Of a stretch of DNA of 64,000 bases, positions 39,947 to 50,104 are shown piece after piece (within the stretch, counting starts at the first letter, position 1; the number at the start of each line of letters is the position of its first letter). The DNA comes from Candidatus Nezhaarchaeales archaeon (GTDB lineage Archaea; Thermoproteota; Methanomethylicia; Nezhaarchaeales; WYZ-LMO8). A program made the translations under genes and the position numbers. A model generated the notes under the pieces. That model saw nothing but the letters and a program-made list of their open reading frames with translations. It was not told the origin of the DNA and did not search any database. The stretch is taken from the NCBI GenBank assembly GCA_038887515.1, contig JAWAKK010000001.1, positions 128,001 to 192,000 of the forward strand, written 5' to 3'.

Positions 39947-41227
39947 TTGAATAATGCTTATACAACACTGAGGATCCTCGACGTCAATTTCAATTATGGA
40001 GCTAGGGAGGTCCTCAAAGGAGTGACTTTGACGCTGGAAGAGGGAGAGTTCGTAGGCTTAATGGGACCTAATGGTTCTGGTAAGACCACCCTTTTAAAGG
40101 TGATAAACAATATCTTGAAGCCAAAGAGCGGTACGGTCATGGTGAATAAAGTTGAAGTATCTAAGCTTGATGTTAAGGAGCTTGCTAAGATATTCGGTAC
40201 TGTGAGCCAAGAATACGAAACTTCTCTAGGCTTTACAGCCTTCGACGTTGTCTTAATGGGAAGGAACCCTCACTTACGTAGACTTAAAGGCGAGTCCAAG
40301 AGGGACTACGAAGTAACTATTAAAGCTATGAGACTCACAAACACCCTACACTTAGCAGATAGGCTGTTTAGCGAACTTAGCGGAGGAGAGAAACAACGGG
40401 TAATAATAGCTAGGGCGCTAGCCCAAGAGCCAAGGGTCATGTTGCTAGATGAGCCTACATCACATCTAGACATCAACAACCAGATAGAGATCCTCGAACT
40501 TCTAAGGAAGCTATGTAGGGAAGAGCATATTTTGGTAATTGCTGTGATCCACGACTTTAACTTAGCAGCTTACTACTGTGACAAGATTGTACTCATGAAG
40601 AACGGCAGGATATACTCAGTGGGTCGACCTCATGAGGTCTTAACCTCAGAGAACGTCGAGGAGGTCTTTGGAATAAAGGTATCGGTCTCTAGACACCCGA
40701 TAACGGGGACGATATCCATTACGCCGATACTTAAACCTAAGACTCTTGCTTCCAATCGGAAAAAGAGAGTTCACATAGTGTGTGGCGGTGGAACTGGCGC
40801 GGCTGTAATAAGGGCCCTCGCCGAAAGGGGCTTTAAGCTCACGTCCGGTGTTCTGAACGTAATAGATTCAGACTACGAAGTCGCTATAGAACTATGCGAA
40901 GAAGTAGTTTCAGAGGCTCCTTTTTCTCCGATATCGGAGGATTCGCATAGGAGAAACCTTGAGTTAATAGAAAAGAGCGACGTGGTAGTTTTGACCGACG
41001 TCCCTATTGGGTGGGGGAACCTGAAGAACTTAGATGCTGTACAGAGGGCAATAGAGAAGGGAAAGGACGTTTACCTAATAGAATCCAGAGAAGGCGTATC
41101 GGGGGTTAACGACAGAGACTATACTGGTGGGGAAGCTACGAAGATTTTAAGCCAGATAGCTCAGAAGGCTGTAAAAGTCTCATCGATAATCGATTTATTA
41201 AACTTCTTGGAAAAAGTGAATCGATAA
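39947..41227 (+). CDS. Cobalamin/Fe-siderophore-type ABC ATPase with C-terminal extension
   Basis: GPNGSGKTT, LSGGEKQR, LLDEPT, HDFNLA; extra HIVCGGGTG domain; start uncertain. Confidence 0.88.
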   Translation: MNNAYTTLRILDVNFNYGAREVLKGVTLTLEEGEFVGLMGPNGSGKTTLLKVINNILKPKSGTVMVNKVEVSKLDVKELAKIFGTVSQEYETSLGFTAFDVVLMGRNPHLRRLKGESKRDYEVTIKAMRLTNTLHLADRLFSELSGGEKQRVIIARALAQEPRVMLLDEPTSHLDINNQIEILELLRKLCREEHILVIAVIHDFNLAAYYCDKIVLMKNGRIYSVGRPHEVLTSENVEEVFGIKVSVSRHPITGTISITPILKPKTLASNRKKRVHIVCGGGTGAAVIRALAERGFKLTSGVLNVIDSDYEVAIELCEEVVSEAPFSPISEDSHRRNLELIEKSDVVVLTDVPIGWGNLKNLDAVQRAIEKGKDVYLIESREGVSGVNDRDYTGGEATKILSQIAQKAVKVSSIIDLLNFLEKVNR

Positions 41228-41317
41228 ATTAATGACTAGCTTACATGAGTTGGGTTAATCTAAAATTTAAAACTAATCTCTAATCCTTCTAAAGGAGAAG
41301 TGCTTGACTGTTGAAAG

Positions 41318-42346
41318 GTGAAGCTTTTGAGGTACTTAAAGATTCGAAGAGATAATCTCTCAAAACTCTTCGACTCTCTTAAAAGATTTGGTGAGGTATA
41401 TGCCCCCGTTAAGAAAAGTAACTCGTACTCTTTTACCGCCGTAGATTCGCTTGATGATGTATCCCTAAACTATAATAGGACCATTCTTCCTCCAAAGAAA
41501 TTCTTTATAAAACCTTTCGAGGAAATATTTAAGGTTGAGATAGGTAAAGGCTACTACTTGAAGATTGAAGAGCCGAAAACCATCGTGTTACTGGGATTAC
41601 ATGCTTGCGATATAAACGCCTTAAAAGTTCTGGACAGCGTATATCTCGACGAGCCGTACGATCCCCATTACTTTACTCGAAGATCTAGTACCGTAATAGT
41701 AGGATTGTCCTGTAAACCAGACGAATACTGCTTTTGTAAGTCGATGGGTAGCGACTACGCATGGAGTGGCTTCGACCTCTTCCTCCACCAAATAGATGAA
41801 GGATACGTAGTTAGAGTCGGAAGCATTCGAGGAGAAGCATTGATCAGCTCGATAAAGGACGTTGTTAGCGAACCAAAACAAGAAGACTTCATTAAACTTC
41901 GAGAATTTGAAGTTGAAAGGTCCAAGATGTTTAAGAAGGCTATCAACACATCCTTACTGCCAGACATAGTAGACTCGTCCTATGAAAGCGATACTTGGAC
42001 CAAATTTGTTGATAAGTGCGTGGGTTGTGGTTCATGCAACTTAGTTTGTCCAACTTGTCGTTGCTACGACGTTTTCGAGAGGGTAGAGTTAAACTTGGAA
42101 AAAGGTGCTAGGGTTAGGCGATGGGATTCTTGTTTCGTTAAGAGTCACGCCCTCGTAGCTGGAGGATTGAACTTTAGACCTGCAAGGCTTGATAGGTTCA
42201 AGAACAGGTTTAATTGTAAAAGCTCTATAGAACCTAAGACTGGTCTCTTTTTCTGCGTTGGCTGTGGTAGGTGTAGTGTTTTTTGTCCAGCTGGGATAGA
42301 TCACGCCGATGTTCTTAAAGCTCTTTGGGGGTTAGGCGATGAGTAA
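41318..42346 (+). CDS. hydB: Group 3b [NiFe] (sulf)hydrogenase beta subunit
   Basis: PPKKFF, HACD, CFC, CVGCGSCNLVCPTCRC, CVGCGRCSVFCP. Confidence 0.92.
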   Translation: MKLLRYLKIRRDNLSKLFDSLKRFGEVYAPVKKSNSYSFTAVDSLDDVSLNYNRTILPPKKFFIKPFEEIFKVEIGKGYYLKIEEPKTIVLLGLHACDINALKVLDSVYLDEPYDPHYFTRRSSTVIVGLSCKPDEYCFCKSMGSDYAWSGFDLFLHQIDEGYVVRVGSIRGEALISSIKDVVSEPKQEDFIKLREFEVERSKMFKKAINTSLLPDIVDSSYESDTWTKFVDKCVGCGSCNLVCPTCRCYDVFERVELNLEKGARVRRWDSCFVKSHALVAGGLNFRPARLDRFKNRFNCKSSIEPKTGLFFCVGCGRCSVFCPAGIDHADVLKALWGLGDE

Positions 42347-43223
42347 CAACCTAAACATTCCTATGCTGGCTAAGATAGTCGATACTTATGATATGACGGC
42401 TATTGAAAAGCTGTTTAAATTCGAATTCGTCAACGAAGAAGACTCCAAGTCTTTCATTTTTAAGCCTGGCCAGTTCGTCCAGCTAAGCGTTCTCGGCGTA
42501 GGCGAAGTACCTATATCGATATGTAAGTCACCGACGAGACCAGGACCTATAGAACTCTTAGTTAGAAGGGTTGGAAGAGTTACTAATGCTCTCCATAAGT
42601 TGAAGCCCGGTGACCTTGTCGGTATTAGGGGCCCCCTAGGCAATGGCTTCCCTATGGAAAAGATGAGGGGTTACGATATATTACTGATCGCCGGAGGTCT
42701 CGGGATGGCCCCTCTTAGGTCGGTTCTACAATACGTATTAGATAAGCGCGACGAATATGGAGAGATCATTTTACTTTATGGTACAAAGAGTTACCAAGAA
42801 GCGCTCTTTAGGGAGTCGTTTCTAGAACTAATAGAGCGCCCCGAAAAGGCAGAGTTCAAACTTTTCCTTTCCTGCGAGAAAGAAGATCCCGCTTTCATAC
42901 AGTTAAGAGAGAGATGCTCGGAGAGGATTAGAAAAGGCGTTGTAACTACGCTGTTTGAATGCGCTGACCCATACATAAAGCCGGATAGAGTATGTGTGGT
43001 CGTTTGTGGCCCACCAATTATGTATAAGTTCGTTTTGAGAGAGCTGACCAAAAGGAACATACCGCCAGACAGAATTTACTTAACGCTCGAGAGGAGAATG
43101 AAGTGCGGGGTGGGTAAGTGCGGGCACTGCATAGTTGGTGGAGCAACATCTATTAGATATATATGTAAAGATGGTCCTGTCTTCACATACTTTGACGTAT
43201 TGTCGGTTAGGGGGCTTGTGTAA
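42339..43223 (+). CDS. hydG: Group 3b hydrogenase gamma subunit (FAD/NAD(P), [2Fe-2S])
   Basis: PGQF, RGPLGNGF, AGGLGMAPL, CGPP, ERRMKCGVGKCGHC..CKDGPVF. Confidence 0.93.
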   Translation: MSNNLNIPMLAKIVDTYDMTAIEKLFKFEFVNEEDSKSFIFKPGQFVQLSVLGVGEVPISICKSPTRPGPIELLVRRVGRVTNALHKLKPGDLVGIRGPLGNGFPMEKMRGYDILLIAGGLGMAPLRSVLQYVLDKRDEYGEIILLYGTKSYQEALFRESFLELIERPEKAEFKLFLSCEKEDPAFIQLRERCSERIRKGVVTTLFECADPYIKPDRVCVVVCGPPIMYKFVLRELTKRNIPPDRIYLTLERRMKCGVGKCGHCIVGGATSIRYICKDGPVFTYFDVLSVRGLV

Positions 43224-43996
43224 TGGCTAAAGCCAAGCTAAAGGTTGGCTTCTACGCCTTAACAAGTTGTGCTGGCGACTTCTTGAACATAATTGGCATG
43301 GAAGACGAGTTACTTCAAATATTCGAAAAACTAGAACTCGTAGAGTTTGCATTGGCGAGCAATAGGACATCGCATGAAAACGTTGATGTAGCGTTTATTG
43401 AAGGGTCTGTATCAACTCAAAAAGACCTTGAAGCCATAAAGAGGATAAGGCGTAACTCAAATGTGCTCGTTGCTCTAGGCGATTGTGCGGTATGGGGAGG
43501 CATTCAAGCGTCGCTCACGGGTTTAGACGCTAACGATATACTAAGAGCGGTTTACGGAGTTGAAGGAAGCAACTATGGTTTCTTGGGAGAGCATAAGGCA
43601 GCTTCCGAGGTTGTCGATGTAGATTATGAGCTTCCGGGCTGTCCAATCGAAAAGAATGAGTTCATTGAACTGTTAATAGACCTACTTAGAGGCGTGACGC
43701 CAGAGTTCAAGGATTACCCTGTATGTGTAGAGTGTAAGATAAGGGAGATACCATGCCTAATAATTGAAAGAGGAGAAATCTGTCTAGGGCCTATAACAGT
43801 TGGCGGTTGCAGAGCCCGTTGCCCTCACTACAACGCTCCATGTATTGGTTGTAGAGGTCCGATAAAGGATGAAGCTAACATATCGGGAGAACTTTCAATA
43901 TTGCTAGAGAAGGGCTGGGAGAAACGGGACATCATTAATAGGCTGAAACTCTTTGCAGCTAGGTACAAAGACATTCCTAAGCTCTTTGAGGGGTGA
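43223..43996 (+). CDS. hydD: Group 3b hydrogenase small (delta) subunit
   Basis: LTSCAGD, EGSV, GDCA, PGCP, CVEC..C..CLG..GC..CP..CIGCRG. Confidence 0.93.
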   Translation: MAKAKLKVGFYALTSCAGDFLNIIGMEDELLQIFEKLELVEFALASNRTSHENVDVAFIEGSVSTQKDLEAIKRIRRNSNVLVALGDCAVWGGIQASLTGLDANDILRAVYGVEGSNYGFLGEHKAASEVVDVDYELPGCPIEKNEFIELLIDLLRGVTPEFKDYPVCVECKIREIPCLIIERGEICLGPITVGGCRARCPHYNAPCIGCRGPIKDEANISGELSILLEKGWEKRDIINRLKLFAARYKDIPKLFEG

Positions 43997-44002
43997 ACTT
44001 GA

Positions 44003-45295
44003 GTGGTCGAAGAAATAGTAATCGAGCACTTAACTAGAGTCGAGGGACATGGGGCCATAAGGGTTTTAATAGATGGAAGCAAAGTGAAGGACGTTAAACT
44101 TGAACTCTTCGAGGGCCCTCGCTTTATTGAGAAGATCCTCGTGGGAAAAATGTACTACGAGGCGCCCGATATAGTTGCAAGGATATGCTCCATATGTCCA
44201 GAGCCGCATCAGATAGCTACCGTTGAGGCAATAGAGAAGGCTTTTAGAGCTTCTGTTGGTCGACAAATTAAGTTATTAAGAGAGCTTCAATTGTTGGCTG
44301 ACGTTATATCGAGTCACGCTCTTCACCTATACTTTCTTGCCTTACCGGACTATCTAGGCTACCCTGACGTCTTTAGCATGACTAGCAAGTATGGACAAGA
44401 GATTAGGGTAGGCTTACAATTGAAGAAGACTGGTAACGCCATAAAAGAAACTGTTTCAGGAAGGTCAATACATGGCTGTACGGTAAAGCCTGGAGGTTAT
44501 ACTAGAATACCATCGGTAGAAGAACTCGAGTGGCTCTCTAAGCTATTGAAGCAATCGATTGAAGGGGCTCTTATGACGGTCAAGCTCTTCAGTTCATTCG
44601 ATTACCCAGACTTCGCAAGGGACGAGAATGTATTTATGGCAGTAGATCCAGGTAGCGCCTACGGCTTCTCAGGAGATCACATTCTAATATCTACAGGTGA
44701 AAAGTATCCCGTTGAAGAATATAAGCTCCTCACCAATGAGGTTGCGCTTCCATATTCAACGGCTAAGCGCTCTACGTATAGGGGCAAATCTTTTATGGTC
44801 GGGGCCCTAGCTAGGATAGCCTTAAACGGAAGCAAGCTAAGAGGCCAAGCAGCTGAAATGTTGAAAGATGTGGAGTCAAAGCTCGACTTAATGAATCCAT
44901 TGACAAACAACTTAGCCCAGGCAATAGAATTGGTGTATGCAATCGGGAGGGCCATAGATATAATAGATGAGCTACTAGATGAAGGCTTAAAGCAAGACAC
45001 CGAAGTGAGATTAAAGCCAGTGAAAGGTCTAGGTGCAAGTTGCGTCGAAGCTCCTAGAGGCACGCTTTATCACTGCTACGAGCTTGACGATGATGGTAGG
45101 GTAGTGAAAGCAGATATAGTGACTCCAACGGCCCAAAACGCTGCCAACATCGAGAAATACATTAAGATTTCCGTTGAAAGACTACTACCTAGGGCTTATA
45201 GAGAGCTTGAGAGATTCTTGGAGCTCATAGCTAGAGCATACGATCCCTGCATATCTTGTGCCACGCATTTAATTAAGGTCGAGAGGATACACTAA
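44003..45295 (+). CDS. hydA: Group 3b [NiFe] hydrogenase large (alpha) subunit
   Basis: RVEGHG, L1 RICSICPEPH, EAPRG, L2 DPCISCATH plus a cleavable tail. Confidence 0.96.
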   Translation: MVEEIVIEHLTRVEGHGAIRVLIDGSKVKDVKLELFEGPRFIEKILVGKMYYEAPDIVARICSICPEPHQIATVEAIEKAFRASVGRQIKLLRELQLLADVISSHALHLYFLALPDYLGYPDVFSMTSKYGQEIRVGLQLKKTGNAIKETVSGRSIHGCTVKPGGYTRIPSVEELEWLSKLLKQSIEGALMTVKLFSSFDYPDFARDENVFMAVDPGSAYGFSGDHILISTGEKYPVEEYKLLTNEVALPYSTAKRSTYRGKSFMVGALARIALNGSKLRGQAAEMLKDVESKLDLMNPLTNNLAQAIELVYAIGRAIDIIDELLDEGLKQDTEVRLKPVKGLGASCVEAPRGTLYHCYELDDDGRVVKADIVTPTAQNAANIEKYIKISVERLLPRAYRELERFLELIARAYDPCISCATHLIKVERIH

Positions 45296-45343
45296 AGCTT
45301 AAGCTACTATATTAACTGCTAAACCTGGTTTAAGTGATGAACG

Positions 45344-45781
45344 TTGAAGTACCTTATAGCATGCTTAGGCAACCCACTGATGGGCGACGATGGGGTTGGG
45401 CTACTGGTTGCTAAAGAGTTAATTAGTGAAGGGCTTGAGGTAGTCACATGCGGCTCGGACTTGTCGTCAGTATTAGCGAAGCTTGACGATTTAGATACCT
45501 TGATAATAGTCGATGCTGTTGACTGGGGAGCACAGCCTGGATCAGTTATAGTGGCAAAGTTAGAAGACTTAGAAGAAGCAAAATTTCGAGTATCTCATTC
45601 TTTGCCGGCTACTGAAATTTTAAAGCTCATGAAGAAGATCTTTGGAAAACCATCAGAGACCTATATAATTGGTGTTCAACCGGGACGCATAGAGCCTAGC
45701 TCTGAGCTCACACCTCAGGTTAGAAAAGCGATACGCGAAGTGACGGCAAAAATTAAAGACATGCTCGCAAAAATTAATTGA
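45344..45781 (+). CDS. Hydrogenase maturation protease (HycI/HyaD family)
   Basis: GNPLMGDDGVG, IIVDAV, SH. Confidence 0.93.
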   Translation: MKYLIACLGNPLMGDDGVGLLVAKELISEGLEVVTCGSDLSSVLAKLDDLDTLIIVDAVDWGAQPGSVIVAKLEDLEEAKFRVSHSLPATEILKLMKKIFGKPSETYIIGVQPGRIEPSSELTPQVRKAIREVTAKIKDMLAKIN

Positions 45782-45861
45782 GGGATGGCTTAACGCTTAA
45801 ATCAGTATTTTTGGCAAGTAGAGATTGGTCTTGAGTCAATTCTTTAGAAGGTTGGGAAGGA

Positions 45862-46206
45862 ATGATGGACGACGTCGAACTGATAGTCATTGGTGATGTG
45901 ACTGATAGTATTAAGAAGCTACTCCTTGATAACGTAAAAAACCTAATTTCTAGGGGGGTTAGAATGATTAACTTAAGGTTCTTCACGGAAAAGGTCCCTG
46001 TAAGATATCTTGAGGACGTTAGAGATGTACTTCTTGAAAATATAGTGGTTTCTATCAGGATTTATGAGCATAAATTGAATGAGTTAAATGATGAGATTCA
46101 CCGTTTGGCTAAGAGTTGCAAGGAGGTAATTGTAATATCGAGCGAGGAACAGGCGCTTTCTCGCGTTACCTGCTTGTTAACTAACCAAAATAATTGTAGC
46201 CAGTAA
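45862..46206 (+). CDS. Hypothetical alpha/beta protein (possibly DUF5751-like)
   Basis: ATG with RBS; [14 protein letters not shown] resembles a crenarchaeal family (from memory only). Confidence 0.55.
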   Translation: MMDDVELIVIGDVTDSIKKLLLDNVKNLISRGVRMINLRFFTEKVPVRYLEDVRDVLLENIVVSIRIYEHKLNELNDEIHRLAKSCKEVIVISSEEQALSRVTCLLTNQNNCSQ

Positions 46207-46222
46207 AGCGGAGGTCGTTCCA

Positions 46223-47722
46223 TTGTTCGACGTAATACTGACAACCGATAGGACCATGATGACTAACCATCATGGCAAAGAATTTTTAGGCTTCATGGCC
46301 ACCGGCCCAGCACTTGGTCTGCCAGAATCCATTTGGTTATGGATTTGCGCACCAAAAATGAAGACAGATAGTCTGGGCAGGGTCTGGCAAGCACCATACG
46401 GAATGAGGAAGATAGAGTCCGTATTGATGAACGCTGGCTTTAACGTAGCTACCATAGATCCTGATCATCTGGACAGACACTTAAAGCATTCGAAGGTGTT
46501 ATTGATAAGCCATCACGACTATTTCGCCCTATGCCCTCCAAGCTCAGAGTGGTGGTCTATAACGAAAAAGGAGCCCGTTAACGCGAAGAGCTTCAGGAAA
46601 CTCATGGAAAAGCCCTCTCTAAGAGAAGCTAAGCGTAGAGGGCTGAAGATAATTGCCGGTGGGCCAGCTGCGTGGCAGTGGCTTTGGAGACTGGACAAAT
46701 GGGTTGAATGGGGAATTGACACCATAGTTGATGGAGAAGCCGAGAAGATAATTGTCGACCTTGTATCGAAAGCGTTAAACGACGACATACTTCCACGATA
46801 CGTTTACGTTGGAATAGATGAAGTACCAAAGCTAGACGAAATACCAACCATCAAACATGCAAGCATAAACGGCCTAATCGAGGTGACAAGAGGGTGTCCA
46901 AGAAACTGTAAGTTCTGCTCCGTAACTTTAAGGCCTCTTAGACACTACTCCTTTGACATGATAGAGCAAGAACTTAAAGTTAACGTGTCAGAAGGAGTAA
47001 CCAACGGTATAATACACTCTGAGGATGTTCTCCTCTACGGGTCTAAAGGGATAGAACCTGAACCCGATGCGGTCATTAAACTTCATAAGCTCGTCAAGTC
47101 GTATTACAAAAAGATTGCGTGGAGTCATGCAAGTCTCTCAGCTATCAAGAGGGCTGAGGAGAACTACAAGCTAGTTTCAAAAATTAGAGAGATAATATGC
47201 GACGAGAACCAAGATTACTGGGGCGTTGAGGTAGGTATCGAAACGGGCTCAGTAAAGCTCGCTAAAAAGATAATGCCGGCAAAGTCTGCACCATATCCTG
47301 CTGAAATGTGGCCTGATGTAGTTGAAGAAGCGTTCGCCATAATGCATGACAACCACATAATTCCCGCAGCAACGCTCATCCTAGGCCTTCCAGAAGAGAC
47401 GGAGGATGACGTTATGAAAACTGCTGAGCTCCTTGATAGGTTGAGACCCTATAGGAGCTTAATAGTTCCAATGTTCTTTGTACCCATGGGCTACTTCAAG
47501 ACCCATGATTGGTTTACCAGGGTCAAGATTAAGGATGAGCACATAGAGGTCATGAAGAGATGCTTAGATCATGCTCTCTACTGGGCAAGTGACATAACGA
47601 GTAAGTTTTACTTGAAGGGGATGGCCAACGCCCCGTTAAGATGGTTAATTAAGCTATTTCTTGCTTACGTTAAGTGGCAATCTAAAAAGGTGGATAAAAA
47701 ATTAAGGCTTGGAAGGAAGTGA
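46223..47722 (+). CDS. B12-binding-like radical SAM protein, GDGT ring synthase (GrsA/B)-like
   Basis: CPRNCKFC; N-terminal [18 protein letters not shown] and APYGMRKIE resemble Sulfolobales Grs proteins as I recall them. Confidence 0.75.
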   Translation: MFDVILTTDRTMMTNHHGKEFLGFMATGPALGLPESIWLWICAPKMKTDSLGRVWQAPYGMRKIESVLMNAGFNVATIDPDHLDRHLKHSKVLLISHHDYFALCPPSSEWWSITKKEPVNAKSFRKLMEKPSLREAKRRGLKIIAGGPAAWQWLWRLDKWVEWGIDTIVDGEAEKIIVDLVSKALNDDILPRYVYVGIDEVPKLDEIPTIKHASINGLIEVTRGCPRNCKFCSVTLRPLRHYSFDMIEQELKVNVSEGVTNGIIHSEDVLLYGSKGIEPEPDAVIKLHKLVKSYYKKIAWSHASLSAIKRAEENYKLVSKIREIICDENQDYWGVEVGIETGSVKLAKKIMPAKSAPYPAEMWPDVVEEAFAIMHDNHIIPAATLILGLPEETEDDVMKTAELLDRLRPYRSLIVPMFFVPMGYFKTHDWFTRVKIKDEHIEVMKRCLDHALYWASDITSKFYLKGMANAPLRWLIKLFLAYVKWQSKKVDKKLRLGRK

Positions 47723-47741
47723 AGACAAACGTTTAAACTAT

Positions 47742-48098
47742 CTATTTCTCCAACGCTTTCAATATCTCGTCAACGACTTTAGACGGTTGGGATCTGGCCG
47801 TCGAGTCCTGAAACCTTAAAACCTTAAGGCCCATGTTTCTCAAGACCTCATCCTTAATTTCATCTCTAGCTGACCTAATGCCTCTTAAGTGGTGGGGTCC
47901 ATCTACTTCAATAACTAAATTTGGTGGAACGAAAATATCTAGTATGAACTTCCTACCTTGGAATGAAATCTCTATTTGGGTAAAGAATTTAATGCCTCTA
48001 AGCTGTAACTCTTTAATTACAGTAAGCTCACCTGAAGTGTAAGCTTTAAGTGGTGGGGATCTCGTCTCTCTTTTCTTCAGCCCCTTCAAACAGAGCAC
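47742..48098 (-). CDS. DUF559 / Vsr-like endonuclease
   Basis: FILDIFV..LVIEVDGPHH..RD..KD..L..MGLKVLRF. Confidence 0.85.
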   Translation of the reverse strand: MLCLKGLKKRETRSPPLKAYTSGELTVIKELQLRGIKFFTQIEISFQGRKFILDIFVPPNLVIEVDGPHHLRGIRSARDEIKDEVLRNMGLKVLRFQDSTARSQPSKVVDEILKALEK

Positions 48099-48300
48099 TC
48101 TCCTCTATAAGCTTCTTGACTCTATGGGCTATGCCCTCTACGACATGTCTTCTAGCGTTTCGAAGTTGAATGCCAACGATGCTTCCACTTTCACCTATCT
48201 CTAAGTATAAGTCATCAGTCATCTTTATTAGGCCTTTAACGGTCTCATCCTTGACCTTAATGTAAAGCACGTCTTTCTCCAGATCCAACTCAACCTTCAT
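48046..48300 (-). CDS. DUF2283-family protein
   Basis: D.EKDVLYI..., LEIGESGSIVGIQL.NA pattern. Confidence 0.75.
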   Translation of the reverse strand: MKVELDLEKDVLYIKVKDETVKGLIKMTDDLYLEIGESGSIVGIQLRNARRHVVEGIAHRVKKLIEESALFEGAEEKRDEIPTT

Positions 48301-48390
48301 GTTTTGCCTCTCTTGCTCCTTCACAAACCTTCAAGATATGGTTATAAGTAACATAGCTTAAATGTTATCATGAAAGAAAGTGTAAAAAAA

Positions 48391-48801
48391 TTATAGAGGC
48401 GCAAAGTAGTAGCGTGGCCATTGAGGCCAGGTTTGGGGTAGCGGTGTCTGCTCGAAGGCGACTTTCATTCTCATACCTATTTTGAGCTGATTAGGTTGCG
48501 TTACTCCTTTGACGATTCCAGATATCTTGGGCCCCTCATCTAGTTTTACAATAGCCACTGTATATGGAGCAAGGGAAGCAAACTGTGGCGGCGGGATGTG
48601 TATTATAGTAAAAGTGACGAGCTCGCCCTCTCCCTTCATCTGAACCCATTCGACATCCCTCGACAAGCACTTATCACATAGAGGTCTTGGAGGAACCATT
48701 ACGTTGCCGCATTTCTTACATTTGACTCCCATGAGTCTTCCTTCAGCAATGAACTTATAGAACGACTCTATTGTTGGAGGAGGAACTATTTGCTGAGACA
48801 A
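48391..48801 (-). CDS. DUF35 Zn-ribbon/OB-fold thiolase partner
   Basis: CKKCG..PPRPLCDKC, G.LVTFT, PYTVAIVKL. Confidence 0.92.
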   Translation of the reverse strand: MSQQIVPPPTIESFYKFIAEGRLMGVKCKKCGNVMVPPRPLCDKCLSRDVEWVQMKGEGELVTFTIIHIPPPQFASLAPYTVAIVKLDEGPKISGIVKGVTQPNQLKIGMRMKVAFEQTPLPQTWPQWPRYYFAPL

Positions 48802-48802
48802 T

Positions 48803-49978
48803 TCAATCACCCCTCCTATATATGTGGACAAACGAGGACGCTCCCGATCCACCCATGTTGTGTGTTAGAGCTATTTCAGCACCCTTAACTTGTCTAGGTC
48901 CTGCCTGATTAGTCAGCTGTAGGTATATTTCATAGACTTGCGCTACGCCAGTAGCACCTACTGGGTGGCCTTTAGCTTTGAGACCTCCGCTCGTGTTTAT
49001 GGGTATTTTACCTCCTATCTCGCTTTGCCCCTCTTCTATGAACTTGCCTCCATAACCTTTAGGGCAAAAACCTAAGTCTTCATACAACACTATTTCAGCT
49101 ATCGTGAAGCAATCGTGAATTTCGGCTACGTCGACGTCCTTAGGTTCGATACTAGCCATTCTGTAAGCTTCTTGACTAGCCACCCTGGCTGATAGCAAGG
49201 TAGTTACATCCTCTCTCTCGTGGACACCAAGCTTGTCAGTAGCGGCAGCTGACGCTATTATGTAAATGGGCGTATCGGTAAACTTCCTAGCCAACTCAGG
49301 TCTTACAAGTATAGCACAGCTGGCACCATCGGTTATAGGAGAACAATCGTAGAGTTTTAGCGGCCAGGCTATAACCCTAGATTTTAACGCTTCTTCGAGG
49401 GTTATGGCCTTCTGGAATTGAGCTTTAGGATTCATAGAAGCGTTTTTGTGGTTTTTAACTGCGACCATAGCTAATTGTTCCTCGGTTGTCCCGTACTTAT
49501 GCATGTGAGCGGTAGCTATGAGCGCATAGAGCCCTGGAAAAGTTAAGCCATTCCACTGTTCAAAGGGGAAGTCAGCAGCCATAGCTAGAAACTCTGTAAC
49601 CTCCGGCGTTGCTCTATGGGTCATTTTTTCGACCCCTCCAACAAGGGCGACATCAACGAGACCTGAGGCTATAGCCATTACAGCACATCTAAGGGCTGCG
49701 CTAGAAGAAGCGCAAGCACTTTCAAACCTAATTCCACCTACAGGGGTCAGCCCAAGCCAGTCAGCCACGGTCACTCCGGTATGACCTTGGTGCTCATAGG
49801 ATTCTCCCATGTGCCCTACGAATAACGCTTTGATATCCCTTTTCGGGTCCAGATTTGGACACCTATCGAAGGCCTCAGTGGCGGCTTCGATGAACAGCTC
49901 TCTACCGTAGAGTCCATCTCTCCTCCCAAACTTTGATAATCCGGCACTTACAAGCGCCGCTAAAGGTCTTCCGACCAT
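48803..49978 (-). CDS. Thiolase (SCP2/archaeal type)
   Basis: ESACASS, CSPITDGA, HDCF, GHPVGATG, HNMGG. Confidence 0.93.
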   Translation of the reverse strand: MVGRPLAALVSAGLSKFGRRDGLYGRELFIEAATEAFDRCPNLDPKRDIKALFVGHMGESYEHQGHTGVTVADWLGLTPVGGIRFESACASSSAALRCAVMAIASGLVDVALVGGVEKMTHRATPEVTEFLAMAADFPFEQWNGLTFPGLYALIATAHMHKYGTTEEQLAMVAVKNHKNASMNPKAQFQKAITLEEALKSRVIAWPLKLYDCSPITDGASCAILVRPELARKFTDTPIYIIASAAATDKLGVHEREDVTTLLSARVASQEAYRMASIEPKDVDVAEIHDCFTIAEIVLYEDLGFCPKGYGGKFIEEGQSEIGGKIPINTSGGLKAKGHPVGATGVAQVYEIYLQLTNQAGPRQVKGAEIALTHNMGGSGASSFVHIYRRGD

Positions 49979-50104
49979 AAGTATCACTCTCGTTTTCAAG
50001 CAATTTGGAATGAACTTTTAAAATTTGCTATCGCCCTCTTTATTCTAAAGTTTTGCGTGAAAACTATTTTTGCCGAAAAGACCATATAAGTCGAGGGGGC
50101 ATAG

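Noticed and set aside
48391-49978. Thiolase-DUF35 pair as a novel system
   Set aside because: A well-known archaeal pairing with standard catalytic motifs.
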